Of a DNA stretch of 64,000 nucleotides, positions 48,643 to 58,069 are shown one piece after another. Source of the DNA: Alphaproteobacteria bacterium (GTDB lineage: Bacteria > Pseudomonadota > Alphaproteobacteria > CAAHEQ01 > UBA3637). The notes beneath the pieces were generated by a model. It had not been told where the DNA came from. It saw nothing but the letters and a program-made list of their open reading frames with translations, and made no database searches. Every line of letters starts with the position of its first letter. Position 1 is the first letter of the stretch. The position numbers and the translations under genes are program-made. The stretch is taken from positions 169,944-233,943 of the forward strand of contig JAZUQR010000027.1 of assembly GCA_045605805.1 (NCBI GenBank), read 5' to 3'.

Positions 48643-48674
48643 AAAAAAAGCTCGTCTGTTTCAGACGAGCTTTC
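48643..48674. terminator. Bidirectional terminator
   Basis: AAAAAAAGCTCGTCTG-ttt-CAGACGAGCTTT between convergent genes. Confidence 0.75.
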
Positions 48675-48680
48675 ATTTTG

Positions 48681-49145
48681 TTATCTGTTATTGTGTTTTA
48701 AGGAAGCAATCATCTCATCATTCACATGTTTTCTTGCTTCTGTTGTTGCCTGTTGAAAGGCATCCATATAAGGGGTTGAGCTATAAATAGAAGAAATCTC
48801 AGAACGGTCACCACGGCGATATAAATGATTGGCTACCTGTCGTACAAATTGGATATTACTTTTTTCAAAAGGTTGCAAAGATTCTTGCCCCCGAGAAGCA
48901 ACAAATGAAACACGATCACCTTGATCATCAATTCTTAAACCAGTATCAAAACAAATGGAAATGAGGTTGGGATTTTTATGATCCTGTTCAAACCAACATT
49001 CTTGGCGAGAACCAAAAACTTGATGCCAACCGTTCATTCTGTCTTGAAATGATTTTGGAATCGAGGATGAAGTTGTTTCAAACATCACGGTTTTTGCTTT
49101 TTCGGCTGCTTGTTGAGATAATTGTAATTTTGAAGTTAAAGACAT
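48681..49145 (-). CDS. Hypothetical protein, possible LPD7-like domain
   Basis: AAAAGGAG SD just after gatB; GLRIDDQGDRVSF motif. Confidence 0.7.
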   Translation of the reverse strand: MSLTSKLQLSQQAAEKAKTVMFETTSSSIPKSFQDRMNGWHQVFGSRQECWFEQDHKNPNLISICFDTGLRIDDQGDRVSFVASRGQESLQPFEKSNIQFVRQVANHLYRRGDRSEISSIYSSTPYMDAFQQATTEARKHVNDEMIASLKHNNR

Positions 49146-49159
49146 CAGTTCTCCTTTTG

Positions 49160-50611
49160 TTAAGATTGCAGTTTTTTATTTAATAATTCGTTGGCCATAG
49201 CCGGATTGACTTTACCTTGACTTGCTTTCATAATTTGGCCCACAAGCCACCCTTTCAGCTTGTCTTTACCAGCCTTGATTTCGGCTACTTGTTCTGGATT
49301 GGCAGCCAAAACAGAATCAATAATCGCCTCAATGGCAGCGGTATCAGTGGTCTGTTTTAAGCCTTTTTCGTCCACAATCACAGCGGGTTCTTTGCCGGTT
49401 TCAATCATCAACAAAAACACATCCTTGGCAATTTTGCCCGAAATAGTGTTGTCTTCAATCAAGCCAACCAAAGCCCCTAAATTATCGGCCGATACAGGGC
49501 TGTTCGTAATGGATAAACATTCTTTATTCAAATAAGCAAATAAATCACCCATCACCCAGTTGGCCACTTTTTTGGCATCATGCCCCTTGGCCGCCTGTTC
49601 AAAATAAGCCGCCGTCTCTTTATCAGCCGTTAAAATACCGGCATCATATTCTGGTAAGCCCAATTGCTCAATATAGCGTTTTTTCTTCACTTCCGGCAAT
49701 TCAGGCAAGTTTTTGCGGATATTTTCAATATATTCATCTGTTAAAACCACAGGCAACAGGTCTGGATCAGGGAAATAGCGATAGTCATTGGCATTTTCTT
49801 TGTTGCGCATAGGCCGTGTTTCGCCATTGTCCGAATCGTATAAACGAGTTTCTTGTTTGATAGTTCCCCCGTTTTCATAGATTTCAATCTGACGATTGGC
49901 TTCCACCTCAATGGCGTGCATGACAAAACGCACCGAGTTGACATTTTTCACTTCGGCTCTGGCTCGCAACCCTTCTTCGCCCACGGGACGCACAGAAATG
50001 TTCACATCACACCGCATAGAGCCTTCATCCATATTGCCGTCACAAGTACCAAGCGCCCGCACAATGGCCCGTAATTGACGCAAATACTCACCTGCTTCTT
50101 CAGGGGAATGCATATCCGGTTTTGATACAATTTCCATCAAACCCACACCGGAACGGTTCAGGTCAATCAAAGTTTTGCTGGGATGCATATCATGAATGGA
50201 TTTACCGGCATCTTGCTCTAAATGCAGGCGTTCCACGCCGATTTTTCTTGTTCCTTCGCTTGTTGTCACCTCAATAAAGCCTTCGCCCACAATCGGATGA
50301 TACAGTTGAGAAATCTGATACCCTTGCGGTAAATCGGCATAAAAATAGTTTTTTCTGTCAAAACGGGAGTATTTGTTGATTTGGGCATTCAAACCCATCC
50401 CAGTTTTCACACATTGTTCAATGCAGTATTCATTGACTTTTGGCAACATCCCTGGGAAAGCGGCATCAATAAAAGAAACTTGTGTATTTTGTTCACCGCC
50501 AAAAGCCGCACTGGCCCCCGAAAAAACCTTAGATTTGGATAAGATTTCACAGTGAACTTCTAAACCGATAACCAGTTCCCATTTTCCTGTTTTTCCTTCA
50601 ATTGTGTACAT
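49160..50611 (-). CDS. gatB: Asp/Glu-tRNA amidotransferase subunit B
   Basis: [22 protein letters not shown]-like [15 protein letters not shown]. Confidence 0.98.
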   Translation of the reverse strand: MYTIEGKTGKWELVIGLEVHCEILSKSKVFSGASAAFGGEQNTQVSFIDAAFPGMLPKVNEYCIEQCVKTGMGLNAQINKYSRFDRKNYFYADLPQGYQISQLYHPIVGEGFIEVTTSEGTRKIGVERLHLEQDAGKSIHDMHPSKTLIDLNRSGVGLMEIVSKPDMHSPEEAGEYLRQLRAIVRALGTCDGNMDEGSMRCDVNISVRPVGEEGLRARAEVKNVNSVRFVMHAIEVEANRQIEIYENGGTIKQETRLYDSDNGETRPMRNKENANDYRYFPDPDLLPVVLTDEYIENIRKNLPELPEVKKKRYIEQLGLPEYDAGILTADKETAAYFEQAAKGHDAKKVANWVMGDLFAYLNKECLSITNSPVSADNLGALVGLIEDNTISGKIAKDVFLLMIETGKEPAVIVDEKGLKQTTDTAAIEAIIDSVLAANPEQVAEIKAGKDKLKGWLVGQIMKASQGKVNPAMANELLNKKLQS

Positions 50612-50615
50612 AGTC

Positions 50616-52079
50616 TTATCCTTTCACCCGATGTGGTGTTTTATCAAAGTTTGCTTGTTTTTCCAAGACATCAGCCACTTGGAAAACCGTATTTTCGTCA
50701 AAGTGTTTGCCAATCACCTGTAAGCCAATGGGCAAGCCGTTTGAACTTAAACCAACAGGTAAAGATAACCCTGGAACACCGGCTAAACTGGCAGGGGTAG
50801 TAAAGACATCCCCCAAATAAACATCCACAGGTTTCATATTTTTCATGGCTTCTGCGGATAAAGCAGGTGTTGGTGCGGCCGGAACCAAAAGAGCATCCAC
50901 TTGCTTAAAGGCTTCAACAAAATCGTTGTAAATTAAACGACGCACGCGTTGCGCCCGAGTATAATAGGCATCATAAAAACCAGCCGATAAAACAAAAGTA
51001 CCTAATAAAATCCGACGCACAACCTCATCCCCAAAACCATCAGTGCGTGTTTTTTCATACATGTCATCCAAAGAGTCGCCCTCAATTCGGGTGGTATAGC
51101 GTACACCATCGTATCTGGATAAATTAGAGCTGGCTTCAGCACAAGCCACAATGTAATAAACAGGCAAGGCATATTTTGTGTGCGGCAAAGAAATATCCAC
51201 AATTTCGGCTCCGGCTTCTTTCAAAAATTGAATCCCTTTATCCCAAACAGCCGCCACATCCGGATTTAAGCCGTCTGGACGATATTCTTTGGGAATACCG
51301 ATTTTTTTGCCCCGAATGTCACCGGTTAAACTGGCCACATAATCTGGCACAGGTAAATCGGCCACAGTAGAATCTTTGTCATCCGCACCGGCCATAGCCC
51401 CCAACATCAGCGCACAATCTTTGACAGATCTGGCCATAGGGCCGGCTTGGTCTAACGAACTGGCAAAAGCCACAATACCATATCTGGAACAACGGCCATA
51501 AGTTGGTTTAATACCTGTCACACCGCAAAAACTGGCCGGTTGACGAATAGAACCACCTGTATCAGAACCGGTTGCTCCCATACATAAACCTGCTGCCACA
51601 GCGGCTGCCGACCCACCGGACGACCCCCCTGGCACTAAATCCAGATTCCATGGATTTTTGGTGGGGCCAAAATAACTGGTTAAAGTAGAACCACCCATGG
51701 CAAATTGGTCAGTATTGAGTTTACCCAACATCACTGTACCGGCATCCTTTAACTTTTGCGAAACCGTAGATTCATAAGGGGGAATAAAGCGAGATAAAAT
51801 CTTGCTGGCGGCAGTTGTTTTCACACCTTTGGTACAATATAAATCCTTGTTGGCCACAGGAATCCCTTCCAACAGGCCTGCCTGACCATTGGCACGCTTT
51901 GCATCACTGGCTTTTGCCTGTTCCAAAGCAAGTTCCGGTGTTTCGGTAATATAAGCATTTAACACCCGCCCTTTTTCCATTTCGTTCAAATGAGCCTGCG
52001 TCAATTCCACGGATGAGATTTCTTTTTTATCTAAAAGATCCAACGCATCTGCGATGGTTAAGTTCACTAAATCTGTCAT
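50616..52079 (-). CDS. gatA: Asp/Glu-tRNA amidotransferase subunit A
   Basis: [26 protein letters not shown]. Confidence 0.98.
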   Translation of the reverse strand: MTDLVNLTIADALDLLDKKEISSVELTQAHLNEMEKGRVLNAYITETPELALEQAKASDAKRANGQAGLLEGIPVANKDLYCTKGVKTTAASKILSRFIPPYESTVSQKLKDAGTVMLGKLNTDQFAMGGSTLTSYFGPTKNPWNLDLVPGGSSGGSAAAVAAGLCMGATGSDTGGSIRQPASFCGVTGIKPTYGRCSRYGIVAFASSLDQAGPMARSVKDCALMLGAMAGADDKDSTVADLPVPDYVASLTGDIRGKKIGIPKEYRPDGLNPDVAAVWDKGIQFLKEAGAEIVDISLPHTKYALPVYYIVACAEASSNLSRYDGVRYTTRIEGDSLDDMYEKTRTDGFGDEVVRRILLGTFVLSAGFYDAYYTRAQRVRRLIYNDFVEAFKQVDALLVPAAPTPALSAEAMKNMKPVDVYLGDVFTTPASLAGVPGLSLPVGLSSNGLPIGLQVIGKHFDENTVFQVADVLEKQANFDKTPHRVKG

Positions 52080-52366
52080 TATTTCACCACCTTTGGCACA
52101 GTATAAAACCCTTGAATTTGTTCTGGCGCATTCAGCATCAATTCTTTTTGTAAGCCACCATCTGTCACTTCATCCTGACGCATAGGGGCATTGCCCTGTG
52201 TCACAGAAACCAATGGTTCCACGCCTTCAATATCTACTTCTTTTAATTCTTCCACCCAATCCAAAATACTTTGCAGGTCAGACAAAATCTTTTCTTCTCT
52301 GTCAGCCGGCAGTTTTAATCTGGATAAAGCAGATAAGTTTTCAATAGTTTGCTGATTTAACGCCAT
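52079..52366 (-). CDS. gatC: Asp/Glu-tRNA amidotransferase subunit C
   Basis: 95 aa from ATG 52366 after AAGGAG; NAP...FYTVPKVV. Confidence 0.93.
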   Translation of the reverse strand: MALNQQTIENLSALSRLKLPADREEKILSDLQSILDWVEELKEVDIEGVEPLVSVTQGNAPMRQDEVTDGGLQKELMLNAPEQIQGFYTVPKVVK

Positions 52367-52486
52367 TTTATTCTCCTTATCAAATGTAAAAAGTATGCAA
52401 GATTTTTGAAAAAAAGTCAAGGAAAAAGCATTTTTTACTTTTCATTTATGATAATTTAGGGTATGAATAATATAAAGGAGATTAAA

Positions 52487-52780
52487 ATGCGCACACCAAT
52501 CTTAAAAGCAGTCTGTATGCCACCACGCCTTTTTTGGGCGCCGTTTGTGCCTGCAATGGCCAATTTTGTGATACAGGCAGCCGGTATGTTCATTATGATT
52601 GGTTTATTTAATGTGAACCCATTGGTATCGTTGATAACAATTTTAATTGGGCATACGATATTGGTGATTCTGGGAACACGAGAACCGCATTTGTCACATA
52701 TGTTAAAAGCATGGGGAACCTCAGGCCCCACAAGTAGTCATAACATCTATCCTTCCAAAGGGGTAAAATTGGCACCATGA
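52487..52780 (+). CDS. VirB3-like type IV secretion membrane protein
   Basis: 97 aa with two TM helices, xxPPxxxxxP pattern; ATGA overlap with the VirB4-like gene. Confidence 0.65.
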   Translation: MRTPILKAVCMPPRLFWAPFVPAMANFVIQAAGMFIMIGLFNVNPLVSLITILIGHTILVILGTREPHLSHMLKAWGTSGPTSSHNIYPSKGVKLAP

Positions 52781-55230
52781 ATAATATAGATGCAAACATT
52801 GTTGATTTTATTTTAAGAAGTGCATCGTCATTCCCGATGATTTTGGCCGTGTTGGGGTTGATAGCAGCCATTTTAATTTCTTTTGCTTCCGTATCCAAAA
52901 TCGGGGAATGGGTTTTGCCTAAACCAAAAGAAACAAAGTTATCTGACTTTTTACCATTTGAATATATGGATGAAGATGGGGCCACAATTCATTTAAGAAA
53001 TGGGTCGCTGGCTCGTGTGTTTGAAGTGACGGGTGTGGACAGTACTTTAATGGCCCCCGAAGAAAGAATGGCATTGACAAGTTCACGCAAGCAATGGCTG
53101 GATTCAATGGCAGAATTGGAAATTGTAATCAGAATGATAACGGTGCGTGACAAAGTGCATCTAGAACAAATGGAATCATTCAAAGATAATAAACTGCTTC
53201 GGCAAATTGATGAACTGTGGATGCAAGATTTACATCGTGTTTTTAAGAACAGACACTATATTGTGCTGTGTGTGAACGACCGTAAAGAAGCGATGCGTGA
53301 TTTAGATCAAGCATGCAGTGCTTTAACCTCCATCATGGATTTATACCATCCGGTTTTGTTATCAGAACAGGAAAATATCCACCAAGAAGATAAAAGCCCC
53401 TTGTGGTTATATGCCCGTTTGGCCAGTCCGCTTTCTCGGCCAAAGCCGTTGGTTCATGGGGAGCAGGGAGATTATCTGAACACACTTTTAACTTCGGACT
53501 ATGTACACTTTTCAAAAGATGAAGGGATTGTGCGTTTCTTTTCGGGGGACCGGGATAAATTGGCCATTATGATGGGAGTTCGCAAACCAGGTGATTTTAT
53601 GGATGAACAAATGGTGGCGGATTTGCTCAGTATTGATATAGAGCTTACCTTATTACATAATGTGAAGGCCATCCCTATGTCAAAATCAACGGCAATTTTA
53701 CTCAACCAGCGCAAAATGGCGTATATGACAAGTTTTTCACAAAATGTGTTAGATCAATTTGATGAAGCACTAGCCTCATTGGATGCCACGGATGTGGATA
53801 GCCAAACCTTAAACGAATATGCCATGTCCATCATTTTGTATGGTGATTCACCTGAGGAATTAAAGTTTGGACAAGAAGAAGTGGAACGCATTTGCCGCAT
53901 TCATAATGTGACACCTGTTCGGGAAGGGTGGTCAGCCCAAGCAGTGTTTTTCAATCAATTTCCAACCTATGATGTATATCCAAGAACCTATTTGTATTTG
54001 TCTAATGTGGTGGCGTGCGCCACAATGATTGACCAACCCAGTGAAGGGCGTAAAAAGTCCGATTGGGGGCCAGTGCCGCTTTCTTATTTCAGAACCATCA
54101 CAGGAACGCCATATGCTTTTCAATTTCATGTATCCGAAGAACAATATGCGGTGGGACACACAGTGTTAATTGGTCCTACTGGTCAAGGTAAAACAACATT
54201 CTTCAGTTTTATTGCTTCTCAAGCTATGCGTATTCCAGATTTACATACGTACTTCTTTGATCGCAATAATGGTGCAAAAGTATTTGCCACGGTGAATGGT
54301 TTCCCATATGTGAAGTTTATTGCGGATGAGGAAACGGATGAAATTGTTTCTTTGAATCCATTTTTAATGAATGATACACCAAACAATAGAGCTTTTTTAC
54401 GTGGGTGGATGAGAGATATTACAGAAGGAAAAGATGCTATTTCGGAAACAGAAATTGCGCGCGCAGTGACAACAGCCTATGAATACTTGCCGAAAGAAGA
54501 TCGGATACTTAGAAATTTATACAAAGCTTGTTTTGCGCCAAATGGTTATATGCGGCGAGAACTCAATCGTTGGATTGATCCAGAGCAATATGGAAAGATT
54601 TTTAACTGTTCAACAGATAATTTGGATTTGAATTTCCGATATGTGGGTTTTGATTTTACAAAGATTTTTGATGATGGTAATAAATCTTTGGCCCCAGCTG
54701 TAATTAGCTATATTATGCATCGTATAGATGAATTATCAATATCAACAGGTGCGCCAAGTATGATCATGGTTGATGAAACAGCTCCAATGTTGGAACATCC
54801 AATGTTTAGAGAGTCATTTAAAGTGGGGTTACGAGAGGGGCGTAAAAAAAGACAAGTATATTTGTGTGCGTTCCAGCAGCCAAGTTTTTTGGAACAAGCA
54901 GGGTTGGGCGAAGTGATTCGTGGCCAGTGTCAGACAGAAATTTTCTTCAGAAACAACGGTGCTATGCCAGATGATTATAAATCTTGGGGCTTGACACCAA
55001 GAGAATTGAATTTTGTTTTAGGTAAAGAATTTGCGGATAGAAAATATGCTATTTTGGTGAGGCGTCCACAGGCAAAAGAATCAGTGATTTTGGATGTAGA
55101 TTTGTCGGGTTTAGGGCCGTATTTGAAAGTTTATTCCTCAGGAAGTAAAAACATCATATTGGCCGAAAAATTGCAATCAGAAATATCCGATGTGGATCAA
55201 TTAGTACAAGAGTACTTGAAAAGGGCATAA
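52777..55230 (+). CDS. VirB4-family type IV secretion ATPase
   Basis: GHTVLIGPTGQGKT, FFDRNNG, LNPF, MVDE, REGRK, FQQP; 817 aa. Confidence 0.85.
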   Translation: MNNIDANIVDFILRSASSFPMILAVLGLIAAILISFASVSKIGEWVLPKPKETKLSDFLPFEYMDEDGATIHLRNGSLARVFEVTGVDSTLMAPEERMALTSSRKQWLDSMAELEIVIRMITVRDKVHLEQMESFKDNKLLRQIDELWMQDLHRVFKNRHYIVLCVNDRKEAMRDLDQACSALTSIMDLYHPVLLSEQENIHQEDKSPLWLYARLASPLSRPKPLVHGEQGDYLNTLLTSDYVHFSKDEGIVRFFSGDRDKLAIMMGVRKPGDFMDEQMVADLLSIDIELTLLHNVKAIPMSKSTAILLNQRKMAYMTSFSQNVLDQFDEALASLDATDVDSQTLNEYAMSIILYGDSPEELKFGQEEVERICRIHNVTPVREGWSAQAVFFNQFPTYDVYPRTYLYLSNVVACATMIDQPSEGRKKSDWGPVPLSYFRTITGTPYAFQFHVSEEQYAVGHTVLIGPTGQGKTTFFSFIASQAMRIPDLHTYFFDRNNGAKVFATVNGFPYVKFIADEETDEIVSLNPFLMNDTPNNRAFLRGWMRDITEGKDAISETEIARAVTTAYEYLPKEDRILRNLYKACFAPNGYMRRELNRWIDPEQYGKIFNCSTDNLDLNFRYVGFDFTKIFDDGNKSLAPAVISYIMHRIDELSISTGAPSMIMVDETAPMLEHPMFRESFKVGLREGRKKRQVYLCAFQQPSFLEQAGLGEVIRGQCQTEIFFRNNGAMPDDYKSWGLTPRELNFVLGKEFADRKYAILVRRPQAKESVILDVDLSGLGPYLKVYSSGSKNIILAEKLQSEISDVDQLVQEYLKRA

Positions 55231-57195
55231 ATGAAGAAAAAAGAACAAGGACGTAGCACATTAGAAATTATAGGCGTATTGGCCGTGTTGGTTTTTTTAA
55301 CCTTAGGCGGGCTTCAAGTGTATTCTGCTGTTCAATCTTCTTTAATGGCAGAACACTTAGAAAAATCAGTGTTGGAAGAAGCCACCATTAAAAAACACGA
55401 AAATTCAAAATCGGATGATACAGATGCTCATGAAGTAAGCCATCAAGGCCCATATAACACAACTATTACCAGCCAAAACGGCACCGTGGGGACAGAGCAA
55501 GTTTTGTTTTGGGTGACAATCAACGATATCAATGTTATAGCTGAACAAAAAGTATGCCAAAAGTTGTTAGACAGTAAGAACATCACAGATCAAGAGTGGT
55601 TGGGCTTAAAAACGATATTGGTCAATGGGCAGATTGTTGAAAACTGTCCCGCAGAGATTCAAACAATCACATATTATTTTCAAAAAAGAAAAACAGTCAA
55701 TCTTGAAGACATCTTGCTGGATAACCCCGATTGTCAAAACCCAATTTGCCCCACCCATGCCACATGTGCGAATGGGCAAATAACCATATGTGATGCAGGT
55801 TATAAAATCAGTAGCAATGGATGTGAGTGTGTGAAATGCACAGGTCGAGTTCGTTGTGATGGGGTAAATGAACAAGAATGTGATGAAGGAACAAAACCCA
55901 ACGCCAACCATACACAATGTGCCCCTTGCAAGGCAGGTGAAAAAGATGAATTATGCTGTCCAAATGGGGCGGTAGTATCCAATGAAAAAGATTGTGATTG
56001 TGAGGGGAACCCAGACTGCCCCTCAGACTTCGTGTGTGTGGAGGGTAAATGCACTTGTCAAGATCAAGCCCCATGCCCATTGTGTAAAGACAAAAGTGAA
56101 AAATGTTGGGATGAAGCACAAAAGCAATGTATCGCCTGTTCCCCCTCCAGTTTTACAACCCAAGACACTTGTACACAAAATGACTTTCAGTGGTGTGAGG
56201 CAGTAGAAGAATGTAAGCTAAAAACCGACGAATGTCCGGAATGTGATGAACACACCGATTGTGCCAACGCAACCCCAAAATGTGATACTGCCACACAAAC
56301 ATGTGAAGCCTGTCCAGACGAAACACCAGCTTGGAATGGAACTACCTGTGTGACCTGTGCCGACAACAATTCAGACACACCAGTTTGGGACGCCACAGGA
56401 AAAACATGCGTGACCTGTGCCGAAGCAGATTCAACAAAACCAAATTGGGACGCCACAAGCAAAACATGTGTATCCTGTCAAAGACATTATGACGTAACAG
56501 GCGATGGTTATCAATGTCCTGCAAGCACCCCATATTGTCTTGATGGTACATGTAAAACTTGTACGCAGGTGGGCGCCATGACAGATGTGGGACCGACAGT
56601 CGATCTGGTTAAAACACTATTTGGAACACCAGCACGTGATGCAAGTTTTAGAGGGTGTTACTTGTGTATAAATGATAAAACTGGTAATTCACAAGATACA
56701 GGGTGCCCATCTGAATACCCAATTTGTCCAACCACTTCGGGAAAAGGGTATAATGTTTGTTGCCCAGAGGACACGCCAAAGTGGAGTGGCACAGCCTGTG
56801 TGGCCTGCCCAAACAACCAAAAGTGGAACGGAGAGGCCTGCGTGTCATGTACCGCTGATACTGACTGTTCCGCTGGTAAATACTGCAACAGCAATGGAAG
56901 CTGTGCGAATTGTGCCGAAGGGAAAAAATGTCGTTGTACCTATTGCAGCAATGGCTCAGGAAGTTGTCAAACAGCCGTTCAATGGTGTCAATGGAAGTAT
57001 GGCACAAACTTTGACTCAGTAGTAGACAACCAATGTCAAAACCACACCTGCTCTTCATCGACGCTGAGCAGCCCATGGAGTTGTCGCTATACAGTAGGCA
57101 GTGACTGTGATATAAAATATGGAGGAGGAACCGGTGATAATGCGGGATGGAACTGTTATCAATATAAAGCACTAAGTAAAACCTGCAGCGGCTAA
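55231..57195 (+). CDS. Prepilin-like, cysteine-rich surface protein
   Basis: MKKKEQG|RSTLEIIGVLAVLVFLTLGGL class III-like signal with E5; about 480 aa of CxxC-rich repeats. Confidence 0.75.
   Translation: MKKKEQGRSTLEIIGVLAVLVFLTLGGLQVYSAVQSSLMAEHLEKSVLEEATIKKHENSKSDDTDAHEVSHQGPYNTTITSQNGTVGTEQVLFWVTINDINVIAEQKVCQKLLDSKNITDQEWLGLKTILVNGQIVENCPAEIQTITYYFQKRKTVNLEDILLDNPDCQNPICPTHATCANGQITICDAGYKISSNGCECVKCTGRVRCDGVNEQECDEGTKPNANHTQCAPCKAGEKDELCCPNGAVVSNEKDCDCEGNPDCPSDFVCVEGKCTCQDQAPCPLCKDKSEKCWDEAQKQCIACSPSSFTTQDTCTQNDFQWCEAVEECKLKTDECPECDEHTDCANATPKCDTATQTCEACPDETPAWNGTTCVTCADNNSDTPVWDATGKTCVTCAEADSTKPNWDATSKTCVSCQRHYDVTGDGYQCPASTPYCLDGTCKTCTQVGAMTDVGPTVDLVKTLFGTPARDASFRGCYLCINDKTGNSQDTGCPSEYPICPTTSGKGYNVCCPEDTPKWSGTACVACPNNQKWNGEACVSCTADTDCSAGKYCNSNGSCANCAEGKKCRCTYCSNGSGSCQTAVQWCQWKYGTNFDSVVDNQCQNHTCSSSTLSSPWSCRYTVGSDCDIKYGGGTGDNAGWNCYQYKALSKTCSG
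56341..56479 (+). repeat. 60-bp imperfect tandem repeat (about 2.3 copies) encoding TCVTCAxxxSxxPxWDATxK
   Basis: Lines starting at 56341, 56401 and 56461 align (GTGACCTGTGCCGA...TTGGGACGCCACA...AAAACATG). Confidence 0.85.
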
Positions 57196-57314
57196 ACCAC
57201 ATTAAAACGCTTTGCTAAAAAATCCTTAAAAAAGGGGAAAAATGGTATAACGAAAAGTCCCATCCAAATCCTGTATGTGCTACGGCGATATATGTCAATT
57301 GCCACAATAAAAAC

Positions 57315-58010
57315 CTAACTCAGCTTTTCCACTTGTTGCAAGTCGTCCCAGGCTTGCTTGCGTTGCGGGGTTGTTTTAACGGCATTTAACGACAAAGTCA
57401 CCCGAGTCGGAATCTGTTCAAACGCATGCCACGCTCCCCGTGCTTTGGCCAATGTAGTGGGGCCAAACAAAGCCGAAGCCACACCAGACCCAAATAATAA
57501 AATCTTTTCTGGTTGTACCAAGTGAATCTCTTTTTTCAAAAACGGCACAAATAAAGCAGATTCTTGTTCGCTTAAAGCCCGATTCCCTGGCGTGCGCCAT
57601 GGGCTGAGATAGGTCACATAGATATCTTTATCCACATCCAAATGAATGGCTTTCATCATTTTGGTGAACAATTCCCCTTGCGCCCCCGCAAGACATTGCC
57701 CCGTCTTATCCGAATCGGCATCCGGCATTTCCATGATGCACATCAGCTTGGGTTGAACAACGCCCTTTCCTAAAAGAGTATGGGTGGCTGTTTTGGATAA
57801 AGAGCAAAGCGAAAATCCCTTTTTTTGCTGATTCAGATGTTCAAGCGAATCGGCTTGAATGGCAAAGGCTTGGGCTTGCTGCGTGGCCGGTGTGTCTGAT
57901 GAAATCGGGTGCGAATCGGCAACACCTGTTTTTTTGTGACAGGGGGGTTCACAACAAAAAGAATCAATCCCCGCCTGTATAAGCCAATATATTTTTTGTT
58001 TGATATCCAT
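57315..58010 (-). CDS. Family-4 uracil-DNA glycosylase homologue with degenerate active site
   Basis: Fold motifs PWRTPGNR and RKQAWDDL retained; GEAPG and HP motifs replaced. Confidence 0.75.
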   Translation of the reverse strand: MDIKQKIYWLIQAGIDSFCCEPPCHKKTGVADSHPISSDTPATQQAQAFAIQADSLEHLNQQKKGFSLCSLSKTATHTLLGKGVVQPKLMCIMEMPDADSDKTGQCLAGAQGELFTKMMKAIHLDVDKDIYVTYLSPWRTPGNRALSEQESALFVPFLKKEIHLVQPEKILLFGSGVASALFGPTTLAKARGAWHAFEQIPTRVTLSLNAVKTTPQRKQAWDDLQQVEKLS

Positions 58011-58069
58011 TTTTGTCTTTCTTTTTTTCTAAAAATAAAATACCATATTTTCATAAAAAAGGAAAGAGG

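Noticed and set aside
52463-57195. ICE or prophage around virB4
   Set aside because: No integrase, relaxase, att repeats or phage genes; directly flanked by housekeeping genes.
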